60,382 bases of DNA from Planctomycetota bacterium (GCA_045863855.1 BTVV01000030.1:1-60382), one strand, 5' to 3'; positions 1 to 9,780 are shown, counted from the stretch's first letter. Numbers and translations are program-made. Notes: generated by a model from the sequence alone, not told the origin.

Positions 1-121
1 CAAGCGCTGTGATAACCGCCCGCCGCCGCGGCGCTGCGCCCGTTCGCAGCCCGTGCCTAAAGGCGCCTTGCGTGCGTGCTCTGCACTCTTCTGTTGCTTG
101 GTTCAGCTCTGAACCTTTCCT

Positions 122-1558
122 TCAACTCCCCAAATTGCTCTGCTCCCACTTCTGATAAAAATTCCCCAAGCCCGGGGCGCGGCCGGGGCGGGATTGGTGT
201 TTGTAGACGGCCGGCAGCGGCGCGCCGAGGTAGCGTTCCAACTTCCCGCGCAGTTCTTTCACCACTTCGGGGCGCGAGGCCGCCAGATTCTCGCGGCATT
301 TCGGGTCCGATTTCAGGTCGTAAAGCTCCGTCTGTTTGGCCGGATCGAACGTATCGACGAGGTAATGCCAGTTCCCTTGCCGCACAAACGCGAACTGGCT
401 CCACGCCGCGATTACATGGTCGCGCACTTCGTCCTTCGCCCCGTTTAGGACCGGCATCAGGTCGTGCCCGTCGAACGGCTCCTGGCTTTCCACGCCCATC
501 CATTTGCAGATCGTCGGCGCGAGGTCGATGTTCATCGCGAACGCATCGCTGCGCTTGCCGTGAAAGCGTTTGTCCGGATGCCGCACGATCATATTGATCC
601 GGCTGTTGTAGTCGTATAATCGCGAGCCGCTCTTCCCGAACTGCCCGCGGTCCCACAGCTCGGTCCCGTGGTCGCTCGTGAAAACCACCACCGTCTCGTC
701 CCACAGCTTGTGATCGTCCAGCTTCTTGAGCAGGTGTCCGACCCACTTGTCCATGAAGGTGCAGTAGCCGTAGTAGAGCGCCTTCGTCCGCGCGATCTCG
801 TCGGCGTTGAACTTGAAGCGCCCTTGGAAGAATTGCGGATAGGTGTAATCGACCACGCCGTCCTTCTTGAAGTAGCGGTCGGCAAAAGCCTTGGGCGGGT
901 CCCAGAACTCGTGCGGCGTAAAGCTGTCCACCCAGAGCATCCAGGGGCCCTGGTTCACGTTGTCGTCGATCCATTTTGCGGCGCTGCGAAAGACCTTCGG
1001 CGCGAAGTAGTCTTCTTCGGTCTTGCGATCCTTAATGTTCAAAAGGTACTGCACCATCCCGCCGTGGCGCTTCAGGTCCGTCTCGTCCGGGTGCACGTGC
1101 GGCTTCAAGTCGATCTCGCTCAACGGCCCGCTGCGCGTCCGGTCGTTCTCCTGCCCGCGGATGTAATCGTACGAAGCGAATCCGCGCGTGAAGTTCATTG
1201 TCGGCTTGAACAGGTGGTACAGGTCCGCGACCAGTCCCGTCAGGCGCCCGTGCTCGCTCAGCGTCTCCGCCAGCGTCGTGTACTCGCTGGGGATCGCGTG
1301 CCAGCCCACGAGGTTCGGGACGCTCCCGCGGTCGTCGATGTCGTGGTTCCACGGGTACGCGCGGCGGCCCGTGTAGAACCCGCGCCGGCTGGGCACCGTC
1401 GGATACCCGTCGCCGTATGCGCGCGTGAAGCTGAACCCCTCCGCGCGCAAGCGGTCCACGTTCGGCATCTCGACCCGGTCTTCCCACGAGTGATCCACCA
1501 CGTCCGCCCGCAGCGTATCGTTGCAGATCACGATCACATTCAAGCCCGATTTAGCCAT
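122..1558 (-). CDS. Sulfatase-like hydrolase (alkaline phosphatase superfamily) with Thr at the nucleophile position
   Basis: N-terminal NVIVICNDTLRAD, core motif PTVPSRRGFYTG, PHEFWDPP, TSDHG, ELYDL..DP; no signal peptide; GGAG-like SD is not clear. Confidence 0.85.
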   Translation of the reverse strand: MAKSGLNVIVICNDTLRADVVDHSWEDRVEMPNVDRLRAEGFSFTRAYGDGYPTVPSRRGFYTGRRAYPWNHDIDDRGSVPNLVGWHAIPSEYTTLAETLSEHGRLTGLVADLYHLFKPTMNFTRGFASYDYIRGQENDRTRSGPLSEIDLKPHVHPDETDLKRHGGMVQYLLNIKDRKTEEDYFAPKVFRSAAKWIDDNVNQGPWMLWVDSFTPHEFWDPPKAFADRYFKKDGVVDYTYPQFFQGRFKFNADEIARTKALYYGYCTFMDKWVGHLLKKLDDHKLWDETVVVFTSDHGTELWDRGQFGKSGSRLYDYNSRINMIVRHPDKRFHGKRSDAFAMNIDLAPTICKWMGVESQEPFDGHDLMPVLNGAKDEVRDHVIAAWSQFAFVRQGNWHYLVDTFDPAKQTELYDLKSDPKCRENLAASRPEVVKELRGKLERYLGAPLPAVYKHQSRPGRAPGLGNFYQKWEQSNLGS

Positions 1559-1648
1559 GGAGTCGATCCTTTAATGAAGTTGCAATCACCAACCCGCTAA
1601 CGCCCGCCCGGCCTTGCCCTTATTACTTTTCACTTTTACTTAATGGGC

Positions 1649-3139
1649 TCACGCCACCGTCTCCCGCAAACCCAACCGCTCCGCCTGTTCCGGCGGCGCA
1701 TCGATCGCGCGCAGCCACCGCGCCAGCGCACCTTCCAGACGCGCCGCTTCGTGAGGACGTTCGGCCAGCACGTTCCGCTCCTGCGCGTAATCCTCGGGCA
1801 GAAACCAGAGCGCGTCCGACATCGGCCCCCGCACGTGATCGACGGGGTAGCGCAGTTTGGCGCGGTCGAAGGCGCCCACGCCGCGCGGCTTGATGAACTC
1901 GGGGGGCAGGGCGGAGTACCAATGCAGGGGAGCGTTGCGCTCGCGGTCCGGCGGCCACTTTGCGAGGCTCCATGCGCCGTCGGTGACGTGCACCGCCTCG
2001 CCGAACTTGCCGAAGTACGCGTACTCGCGCAGCGGCTCCGCGTTCGAACGCAGGCACGGCAGCAGCGAGCGCCCGTGCAAGCGCTGCTCCTTTTGAGCGA
2101 CGCCCATCGTCTCGAGGATCGTCGGGTAGTAATCCACCGGCTGGACGAGTTGCGTGCGGCGCTGCCCCCCCTGGCGTTTGAAATCCGGGTGGTACACCAG
2201 GAGCGGGATGTGCGCCATGGGCTGGTAGAGCGTGCTGTCGCCGTGCCCGCTCCCGGGCTTCCCGATCATGCCGTGTTCGCCGAAGAGGTGGCCGTGGTCG
2301 GTGGTCACGACGACCGTCGTGTTCTCGAGCAGGCCCAGTTCCTCGAGCCGGTTCATGAAGAATCCGAACCACGTATCGACCAGCGAGACCTTGCCCGCGT
2401 ACAGCGCGCGGATGTCGAGCAGTTCGGCCTCGGTATAACGGTCGGCCTTGCCGTAGATCGGCCAGCGCACGCGCTCGGCCGGGGGCTTGCCGTCGGCGTA
2501 CAGCGTGTCGTACGGCGCGGGCGGATCGAACGGTTCGTGCGGATCGAAGTGGTCGATGGTCAGGAAGAAGCCCGGCTGCGTGCGGTTCCGCTCGAGCCAC
2601 TGCGTGGCGGCGCGGAAGGTCTGCGCGGTGAAGGTCTGGCGCTCGTCGGCCCAGACCCCGTCGGCGTTGCGCCACTGCGCGGTGTTGCGGTAGTACTGCG
2701 CCCAGCGGAAGTGGCACTTCGTCCGCTCCGGCGCCGGCCAGCGCGGCTCGATCCCCGGATCGCTGACCCACGCGTCGTTCTCGTGCCCGCGGATGAACTG
2801 CCAGCCGTTGTAATGGAAGTGGTAGTTCCCACTGCCGTGCTCGAAGAGGTGGTAGTGGTCGGTGACGAGGTACGTGTGCTTGCCGGCATCGGAAAGCGCT
2901 CCCGCCAGATCGCGGTCGCCGGGCTCCAGCGGCCCCCAGCCCCGGAACGGAAACTCGTAGCGCCCCGTCATGATGTCCCGCCGCGCCGGCATGCACGGAC
3001 TCGAAGCCAGATACGCGTTCTCGAAGACCGTGCTCTTGGCCGCGAACGCATCCAGGTGCGGGGTCTTGATCCACGAGTTGCCGTAGCAGCCCAGATGATC
3101 GCGCCGCAGCGTATCGAGCAGGATGAAGATGGTGTTCAT
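1649..3139 (-). CDS. Sulfatase, Cys-type
   Basis: Start reassigned to ATG 3139 (MNTIFILLDTLRRD), which overlaps the gntR stop (ATGA); CMPARR motif, PHEPFDPP, TTDHG. Confidence 0.88.
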   Translation of the reverse strand: MNTIFILLDTLRRDHLGCYGNSWIKTPHLDAFAAKSTVFENAYLASSPCMPARRDIMTGRYEFPFRGWGPLEPGDRDLAGALSDAGKHTYLVTDHYHLFEHGSGNYHFHYNGWQFIRGHENDAWVSDPGIEPRWPAPERTKCHFRWAQYYRNTAQWRNADGVWADERQTFTAQTFRAATQWLERNRTQPGFFLTIDHFDPHEPFDPPAPYDTLYADGKPPAERVRWPIYGKADRYTEAELLDIRALYAGKVSLVDTWFGFFMNRLEELGLLENTTVVVTTDHGHLFGEHGMIGKPGSGHGDSTLYQPMAHIPLLVYHPDFKRQGGQRRTQLVQPVDYYPTILETMGVAQKEQRLHGRSLLPCLRSNAEPLREYAYFGKFGEAVHVTDGAWSLAKWPPDRERNAPLHWYSALPPEFIKPRGVGAFDRAKLRYPVDHVRGPMSDALWFLPEDYAQERNVLAERPHEAARLEGALARWLRAIDAPPEQAERLGLRETVA

Positions 3140-3831
3140 CGGCGCATGCTCTTCAGCATCAGCGCCTGCACCGCGCCGGCGCCGCCGCCCAATAATCCGA
3201 GCAACCGCACGCGCACCTGCTCCAAGTGCTGCACCGCCGCCGCCCGCGCCTGCCCCAGATCTCCCGAAGCCAGCGCGTCGAGCATGTCGTAATGCGTCAC
3301 CGCCGATTCCGGCGGCGTGGTGCCCAACTGGTCCTCGAACGGATGCCGCGCCATCTCGCTGCGCAAAATCAACCTCATCCGCGTCACCGTCTCGGCCAGC
3401 GCCGCACAGCCGCTGCCGTCCACGATCGCGCGGTGAAAGCGGCAATTCGCCATGCGCGTCTCGTAATAACGCGCCGCCAAGCGATGCTCGCGATACAGAT
3501 CCGCCAGCTCCCGAAGCCGCAGCGCCAGCGTCGGATTCCACGATCGGCAGACCAACTCCGCCGCCAAGCCCTCAAGCTGCTCGCGCACCAAGAAAAGCTC
3601 CGCTACCTCTAAAGGACTGATCTCCCGCACGAACGCACCCACGTTGGGGATGACTTTCAGCCAGCCCATCTCCGCGAGCTGCGTCAGCGCATTCCGCAGC
3701 GGCGTGCGGCTTACGCCCAAGCGTTGGGCGAGCTTCACCTCGGTAAGGTGGCTTCCAGGCGCCAATTGGCCCGAGAGAATCTCTTCTTCGATCTGCTCGG
3801 CAAGGGAGAACACGGATTCGGTGGTGGTCAT
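3136..3831 (-). CDS. GntR family (FadR/FCD) transcriptional regulator
   Basis: wHTH LAPGSHLTEVKLAQRLGVSRTPLRNAL; FCD-type REQLEG, N..FH and terminal H; likely start MTTTES at 3831. Confidence 0.9.
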   Translation of the reverse strand: MTTTESVFSLAEQIEEEILSGQLAPGSHLTEVKLAQRLGVSRTPLRNALTQLAEMGWLKVIPNVGAFVREISPLEVAELFLVREQLEGLAAELVCRSWNPTLALRLRELADLYREHRLAARYYETRMANCRFHRAIVDGSGCAALAETVTRMRLILRSEMARHPFEDQLGTTPPESAVTHYDMLDALASGDLGQARAAAVQHLEQVRVRLLGLLGGGAGAVQALMLKSMRR

Positions 3832-3832
3832 A

Positions 3833-3866
3833 GTGATTGTATACAATATGTATGCAATCACGTCAA
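3833..3866 (-). promoter_or_regulatory. gntR promoter with overlapping palindromic operator
   Basis: Minus strand TTGACG-17nt-TATACA(AT); 29-bp near-palindrome GTGATTGTATACAATATGTATGCAATCAC (3833-3861) containing TTGTATACAA. Confidence 0.7.
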
Positions 3867-4066
3867 GCGCAGGACTATAATCGAGTTGCAGTAGCGAATA
3901 ATTTCCAAAATGGATTTTTCAATAGTCCAAATGAGACTAGTTCTTAAATGGGCTTGACGCACAGGTGGACTAGAGGCTTAATGTTCTTTGTTCTGCAATC
4001 CATTTGCAATTGGAGCCGTTCAATGGGGAGTCCGGGGCATCCGGTACTCAGGTCGGAGGGGGTCGC

Positions 4067-5509
4067 ATGTCGTGCTTCAGGAGTGGGTGGATCGCGTTCG
4101 TGGTGCTGAGCTTGGCGAGTACGCTGGCTGCCGGCGAAGCGAGCATGAATGACGTGCTGGCGCAAATCCAGGCCATGCGCGAAGCCTACGAGAGCCGCAT
4201 CGCAGCGCTTGAAGGCCAAGTAAAGGTTCTGAAGGGCGAACGCGATGTGGCGGTGCGCGAAGGCAAGATTCAAAGCGGCATCGACAAGGCGCTGGGCGAA
4301 GAAGGCAGCGGCGACCGAGCGATGGCGAGCCAGTTCTTCGCCGGCGCCAAGAATTCCGTTCGCGCCTCCTCCAGTGTCAGCCTGGGCGGGTATACCGAAT
4401 TCACCTACGTGGACCGCGGCGATACGCTCTCCCGCTTCGACCAGTTGCGCACCGTCCTCGAATTGGGCGCACAGCTTCACGAAAACATTCAATTCTATAT
4501 GGAGTTGGAGCACGAGCACGGCGCGGTGATCAAGGGCAGCGGCACCACGGAGGGCGAACTGGAACTAGAACAGGCTTGGGTGGACTTCAAGCTGATGGAC
4601 GAAGCCGTATTCCGAGCTGGTGTCATCCTGGTGCCGGTGGGCCGCTACAACCTCTACCACGAAGCATGGGCGAACAATCTGGTGGACCGCCCGTTGATCA
4701 GCCGCCGCATCACGCCGACGACGTGGTGGGAGGAAGGCGTAGGCTTTCACGGGCAGGCGCTGGATACCGACTGGTTGGGCATCAGTTACGAAGCGTACCT
4801 TTTCAATCCCGGCCGCGCCGATCGCGTGACCGTCGGCGGTGGATTCCGCGACCTGCGCCTTAACGGCGACGTCCCGATCTACGATTCCAACAAGGCAGGT
4901 GCGTTCCGCGTGGCCTTCGAACCGGCCCGCTCGGCTCCGTGGCTCGCCGATCACTTGGAAGTCGGTATCAGCGGCTACCTGAGCGGTTTTAGCGGTGTGA
5001 ACGGGCTCTTCGACGACGACGGCGACCCCAATTCGGACCGAGTGTACTACGACGCCGAAGACGGCACCGTCCAGATCTGGTCGGCGGACCTCACCTTCGA
5101 GCGCGGCGACTTCGGCTTCCGCGGCGAAGCGGCGATGGCGCACGCCGGTCCCGGTCGTACCTTCCGTGGGCCCGGACAGCAGGCGTTCGGCTTCTATGCC
5201 GAGGCCTACTACTCTTTCTGGGCCGACTTCCTGAACGGAACCCCCTTCGGCAAGGATGTCTATAAGGATCCCAAGCTCGTCGGGGCCGTTCGCTTCGATT
5301 ACGTGGACCTCTCGACCGACAACTTCGACCAGCGCGACCTGCGCCGCGTCACGCTGGGCCTCTCGTACCGGCCTATCGAACGCATGGTCTTCAAGTTCGA
5401 CTACCAGATGGACTTCAGCCCCTCCGACCGCGTGGGTACGGAGTTTGGCGATACGGGCGGAAACGACGAGACCGATGCGCTCCTTTTCAGCGTGGCGGTT
5501 GGATTCTAG
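4067..5509 (+). CDS. Outer-membrane porin-like beta-barrel protein (OprO/P-like) with N-terminal coiled coil
   Basis: GGAGG SD, signal peptide, coiled-coil segment, ELEQAWVDF, alternating beta strands, C-terminal Phe (SVAVGF). Confidence 0.75.
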   Translation: MSCFRSGWIAFVVLSLASTLAAGEASMNDVLAQIQAMREAYESRIAALEGQVKVLKGERDVAVREGKIQSGIDKALGEEGSGDRAMASQFFAGAKNSVRASSSVSLGGYTEFTYVDRGDTLSRFDQLRTVLELGAQLHENIQFYMELEHEHGAVIKGSGTTEGELELEQAWVDFKLMDEAVFRAGVILVPVGRYNLYHEAWANNLVDRPLISRRITPTTWWEEGVGFHGQALDTDWLGISYEAYLFNPGRADRVTVGGGFRDLRLNGDVPIYDSNKAGAFRVAFEPARSAPWLADHLEVGISGYLSGFSGVNGLFDDDGDPNSDRVYYDAEDGTVQIWSADLTFERGDFGFRGEAAMAHAGPGRTFRGPGQQAFGFYAEAYYSFWADFLNGTPFGKDVYKDPKLVGAVRFDYVDLSTDNFDQRDLRRVTLGLSYRPIERMVFKFDYQMDFSPSDRVGTEFGDTGGNDETDALLFSVAVGF

Positions 5510-5522
5510 ACGGCGGCCAAGC

Positions 5523-5981
5523 ATGACCGTGAACGAGTGGACTCCGAGCGGAAACGAAGGTGCGGCGGCCGAGCCCCCGCACTTGCACCGTGGCCACTAT
5601 CGCGCCACCATCGAGACGTACGGAGGTTGGGCGATACGCGCTTACGACCGCCGCCGGCCGGAGTACCGGGTTCAGTTCGAACGCAGCCGTACGCCGGTTC
5701 AGATGTCCTACGAGCATCCCACCCTGGGCACGGTAAGCTTAGTAACGCCGTGCCGCCAGACCGATGGCAAGTTCGAAGTGTACGTGGCGGGACTGGCGCA
5801 GCGTTTTTGCTGTTACTGCTGTGCGCAGAAGAAGCTGCGCGCAGCGCTGAACCTGAGCCTGCCGCCGTGGCAGGCCTGGATGCCCTACTTCCTGGTGGAA
5901 AGCGCCGGTTACCTGCACGATCCGCGCGCGCCGAAGGAAGCCGGGCGCAACTCATCGAGCGAAGAGTCGAAGCATGACTGA
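5523..5981 (+). CDS. Hypothetical protein with CCYCC motif
   Basis: ATG 13 bp after the porin stop; 3' end overlaps the Rieske start; fills the operon gap exactly. Confidence 0.65.
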   Translation: MTVNEWTPSGNEGAAAEPPHLHRGHYRATIETYGGWAIRAYDRRRPEYRVQFERSRTPVQMSYEHPTLGTVSLVTPCRQTDGKFEVYVAGLAQRFCCYCCAQKKLRAALNLSLPPWQAWMPYFLVESAGYLHDPRAPKEAGRNSSSEESKHD

Positions 5982-6444
5982 ATCTACCGAAGACCCGCGC
6001 ATGACGCGGCGCGAATGTCTGGCCTGGCTGGGGCGCGCGGCGGCCGTGGCGGGCTGCGTTTCGGCCTGTTCGCCCGCCTGGGCCGGTGACGGCGAAAAGA
6101 AAACGGCCAATATCATGGCCCTGCCTTCCGGGTCGGCCAAAGAATTCGACGATCCGGACCTGATCCTGGTCCGGACCGAGACGGGTGTGGCGGCGTATCC
6201 ACGCGTCTGCACGCATAAGCATACGCCTCTGGCCGTGGACGACGCCGGCGCGATCGTTTGCCCTTTGCACGGAAGCCAGTTCGGCTACGACGGGAAGCCG
6301 GTCACCGGTCCGGCCACCCGGGCGCTCAAGGGATTTCAGGTCCGCGTCGACGAGGCGGGAAACGTCTGGGTCGATACGGGCAAGCGCGTCGAAGGCGGCA
6401 CGTTTGCTCCGCTGCCGGCGTGGGCCCAACCGAAATCCAAGTAA
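5974..6444 (+). CDS. Tat-exported Rieske [2Fe-2S] protein
   Basis: MTRRECL twin-arginine signal ending PAWA; CTH...CPLHGSQF...GPA Rieske boxes (alternative start 6001). Confidence 0.9.
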   Translation: MTESTEDPRMTRRECLAWLGRAAAVAGCVSACSPAWAGDGEKKTANIMALPSGSAKEFDDPDLILVRTETGVAAYPRVCTHKHTPLAVDDAGAIVCPLHGSQFGYDGKPVTGPATRALKGFQVRVDEAGNVWVDTGKRVEGGTFAPLPAWAQPKSK

Positions 6445-6454
6445 CTCACGGGCA

Positions 6455-8677
6455 TCATGGCGCCAAACGGAACGCCACCGGACCGGCTTTCGTAAAACCT
6501 ACGAAAGCCTTGTGGCGGCGGTCGAAGACCAGCCGCTCCGCGATGGCCGGCGTCTTGACCTCCAGCTTCTCCCAGCGATTGGCGGCCACGCGGTACACCC
6601 AGGATTCGTCGTTGCGCTTGGCTTCTGCGTTCGAGCCGCCCACCAGCAGCACCGCATCGCGTTCGGGATCGTAGGCCGTAGCGGGACGGCCGTCTTTCAT
6701 GTAGTCGGGCAGATCGCCGGCGGGCTGCAGGTCCAGCCACGCGCCGGCCGAAGAGTCCAGCGCGTAGGTGCCCGATGCGCCGGTCGTTTTGCAAACCAGG
6801 AGCAGGAACTGCTTACTGTCCACGTACGTGGCGTACGCGTATTGGCGGCCGACGTTCCCCGGTGCGAGACGCGTCCAGGTGCTTTGCGACGGTGAGTATC
6901 CGAAGACTTCGTCGCTGTAGGCCTTGGGCGACGTGATGAACAGCTTGCGTGTCCGGTCGTAGGCCGTGACCACGCCGGCGCCGACGCGCGCGTTGTTGGT
7001 TGAGGGTACCAGATCGAAGCGGTCGCGCAGGCCGTCGTATTTCCATATCCCGTTGCCGCCTTTCCAGTCCGGCGGCAAGCTGTTCGCCAGGTTGTTTCCG
7101 GCGGTGCCGCCGGCAAACCACGAACCCCGCACTTCCGGGTCGTAGGCATAGTAGCGCGTGCAGCCGTTGCCTGGGCGCGGCGGGCCGCACGGGTCGGTGT
7201 AGCGCAGCGCCAGCCAGCGTTCGGTCGCCGGATCGTAGGCCCACAGGTCGTTCCCGTAACCGCTCGCGAAGGTCGTCCCGCCGTCGTTGCAGCCACCGTA
7301 CTTAAGGATAAAGCCCGTCCCCTCGTCGTAGGTCGCGGGGACTTCCCCGCCGCCGGCCCAGCCGCCCTTGAGCTCGGTCCATTCGCCCGGTTTCAATTTG
7401 ACCAGGCGTTCGTTGGGCGGCGCTTGTTTGTACACCGGTTCTTGCGAAGGTTGCGGCTGGGGCAGGGGCGGCAACGCCGCCAGCTTCGCCTCGGGCAAGG
7501 CTTCCGCACCTTCTGGCGCGTAGCGTAAAGCCCAGACCCCCAGCGTCGGCGCCATCACCACGAACGCATTCAGCTTCGTGTCGTACCCGGCGGTTTGACA
7601 GAGTTCGAAGCGCGGGTGCTTGCCCTGCCCGTTCAGGCGAGGCACGACCGGCGCGCCCGAGTCGAGCCGCGTCCATGCGCGCTTGGATACGTCGAGCACC
7701 CAAGTATCGTCGAGCTGCTTGCCGCCCCCGCGGTACAGATATCCGTAATCTTTCCCTGGGGAGCCGACGCCGCCGTACACGAGCACACGCCGATGCGCCG
7801 GATCGTACGCCGCCGCCGCGCAAGTGCGCCCTTCCGGTTGAGGCGCGTCGCCTCCCAGCGCCTCCCAGGAGCCCTTGGCTGCGTCGAAGAGCCAGGTTTC
7901 GCCGGTCGTGTTCTTGGATTCGTAGCGGTGGTACACGCATTGGCCCGAAGCGGCGTCGTAAACCCAAACGGGCCGCGCGCAGTCCTTGGGCATGCCCTTG
8001 GTCGGCTTACCGGTCCAGGCGTTCGTGTTCGGATCGTAGATCCATGTGGTATCGCGATTGTGCATATAGGACCACTCGCCGTTGTAATCGGGCGCGCGAA
8101 CCAGCAGATCGTTCTTCGCGTCGTAGACGATGGGCGAGCCGCCCGGTTTGGCGCCCTGGGCGCCCATCTTGGTGAAGGTTCCTTTGGCCGGATCGTACTG
8201 CCACAACTCGCGGTAGAGTTCGGGATGCGTCCGTGCGCCGGCTCCGTTGCCGCCCAGCATCCAGACCACTTTGCGCTTGGCGTCGTAGGCGAGGCTCCAC
8301 CAAGGCCCCGCGCCGGGCCGGTCCGCGGGAGGCGGATAGGCATAGTCCGCCTTCAGCGGGTTCGTCCAAGCCCGAGCGTGAAGGTCGAAGGTCCAGAGCG
8401 CATTGCATTCGGTGGGCGTATAGCCCCCGTAGCGCATGAAGACGGCTTGCTCCGGAAGATAGCACGCGTAGGCGCCGCGTCCGGGTTCCAATTCGCGTCC
8501 CAGCGGATCGGGCGGTACTTCGGCGATTTTGGTCCAGCGATTGGCCGGGAGGACGAACACCTGAGCATCGGGCGCCATCGGCGCCGTAGCGGCGGGCTCT
8601 TCGGCGCGAAGCAAGCCGAAGGTGGAGAGACTCAGCAACGTCAATAAGGTGCAGCGGACGATGGCCAGCGTGTTCAT
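6455..8677 (-). CDS. Secreted Kelch-like beta-propeller protein, probably two propellers
   Basis: Signal peptide; many YGG / W.YDP...W repeats; Pro-rich central linker. Confidence 0.75.
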   Translation of the reverse strand: MNTLAIVRCTLLTLLSLSTFGLLRAEEPAATAPMAPDAQVFVLPANRWTKIAEVPPDPLGRELEPGRGAYACYLPEQAVFMRYGGYTPTECNALWTFDLHARAWTNPLKADYAYPPPADRPGAGPWWSLAYDAKRKVVWMLGGNGAGARTHPELYRELWQYDPAKGTFTKMGAQGAKPGGSPIVYDAKNDLLVRAPDYNGEWSYMHNRDTTWIYDPNTNAWTGKPTKGMPKDCARPVWVYDAASGQCVYHRYESKNTTGETWLFDAAKGSWEALGGDAPQPEGRTCAAAAYDPAHRRVLVYGGVGSPGKDYGYLYRGGGKQLDDTWVLDVSKRAWTRLDSGAPVVPRLNGQGKHPRFELCQTAGYDTKLNAFVVMAPTLGVWALRYAPEGAEALPEAKLAALPPLPQPQPSQEPVYKQAPPNERLVKLKPGEWTELKGGWAGGGEVPATYDEGTGFILKYGGCNDGGTTFASGYGNDLWAYDPATERWLALRYTDPCGPPRPGNGCTRYYAYDPEVRGSWFAGGTAGNNLANSLPPDWKGGNGIWKYDGLRDRFDLVPSTNNARVGAGVVTAYDRTRKLFITSPKAYSDEVFGYSPSQSTWTRLAPGNVGRQYAYATYVDSKQFLLLVCKTTGASGTYALDSSAGAWLDLQPAGDLPDYMKDGRPATAYDPERDAVLLVGGSNAEAKRNDESWVYRVAANRWEKLEVKTPAIAERLVFDRRHKAFVGFTKAGPVAFRLAP

Positions 8678-9780
8678 TGAGCAGCCTCCTCTTTCTTCGC
8701 GGCCGTCTTTAGATCCTTAGGCGGTTTGTAAGCCCAGACGCCATCGCCCATCACCAGCAGCGCGACTTTGTTGGCCGGATCGTAATGCAACCGGTCCCAG
8801 ACGCCGCCACGCGTCGTGGTGGCTTGCGCGGGCGCCAACTCGATCCAGGTCTTCGACGCGCAGTCGAAGGCGGCCAAGCGATACTGCCCGCCCGTTTCCC
8901 CGCCGGGACAACTAAAGTAGAGCATGGCGTTGGACTCATCCATGTACGTGAGCCCCGCCTTTCCGTTAGCATCGTTCAGCACGTGGAATTCCGCGGCCAG
9001 TTCCGTGAGGTCAATCGTACACGTGTGCTTGGCGCCGACGATCATCACGCGGTCCAGGCTTGGGATGTACTCCATTTGAAAATTGTAACCGCCCAGTGGA
9101 GCGAGCGAACCTTTCACGGGATGAGTGCTCCAGGTATTCGATTGCAGATCGAAGCGGTGCAGATGGCCCCCGCCGCCAAACGCCCAGACGGTGTCGCGTT
9201 TGCTGTCGTAGCAACAGGCCTTCGCGTAGCCGCCGGGGGTGCCCTTGCCCGCGAACCGCAGCTTCCAGGCATTCTCCTTTAAGGTGTACGTCCAGGCATC
9301 CGGTGGCACGGGGCAGGTGGGTTTAATCGCGCCCCAGCCCGGACCGCAGCCGCCGTAAATGAACAGTTCGCCGCTCTTGGATGCGAAGCAGAGCTGGTTG
9401 TAGCTGTGCCGGGTGTAGGGTTTGTCGCTGTCCTTCAGCTTGCCCTGCGTGTTATCGATGTTCTCGTTCGTGTAGCGCGATTCCGCATCCGGTTCGTACA
9501 TTTTTTTCCAGCTCAACGTGGCCGGATCGAACGCGCAGACTTCGTTGCCCCAGTAGTCGGCGTGCCCGCCACCGAAGATCAGGAAACGGCCGTTCACACG
9601 ATCGAACGCGCCGCCGCTGTACGCCAAGATGCCCTTGGGCGAAGGGCACGGGGGGCCTACCTTGGCCCATGTGTTCTCTGCTTGGGCCAGAAGCTGCGAG
9701 TTCGGCGCCGGAGACTCGGCCGCAAGGGCCGCAAAAGTCAGGATCGATACGATCGCCACAAGCGGTTGTGCGAAGCGCAT
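8674..9780 (-). CDS. Secreted Kelch-like beta-propeller protein
   Basis: Signal peptide; FGGGHADYWGNEV, YGG, FGGG repeats; ATGA overlap with the downstream gene. Confidence 0.75.
   Translation of the reverse strand: MRFAQPLVAIVSILTFAALAAESPAPNSQLLAQAENTWAKVGPPCPSPKGILAYSGGAFDRVNGRFLIFGGGHADYWGNEVCAFDPATLSWKKMYEPDAESRYTNENIDNTQGKLKDSDKPYTRHSYNQLCFASKSGELFIYGGCGPGWGAIKPTCPVPPDAWTYTLKENAWKLRFAGKGTPGGYAKACCYDSKRDTVWAFGGGGHLHRFDLQSNTWSTHPVKGSLAPLGGYNFQMEYIPSLDRVMIVGAKHTCTIDLTELAAEFHVLNDANGKAGLTYMDESNAMLYFSCPGGETGGQYRLAAFDCASKTWIELAPAQATTTRGGVWDRLHYDPANKVALLVMGDGVWAYKPPKDLKTAAKKEEAAQ

Noticed and set aside
3140..3541. N-terminal extension of the 630-aa sulfatase ORF
   Set aside because: Overlaps gntR out of frame; the sulfatase fold starts at ATG 3139
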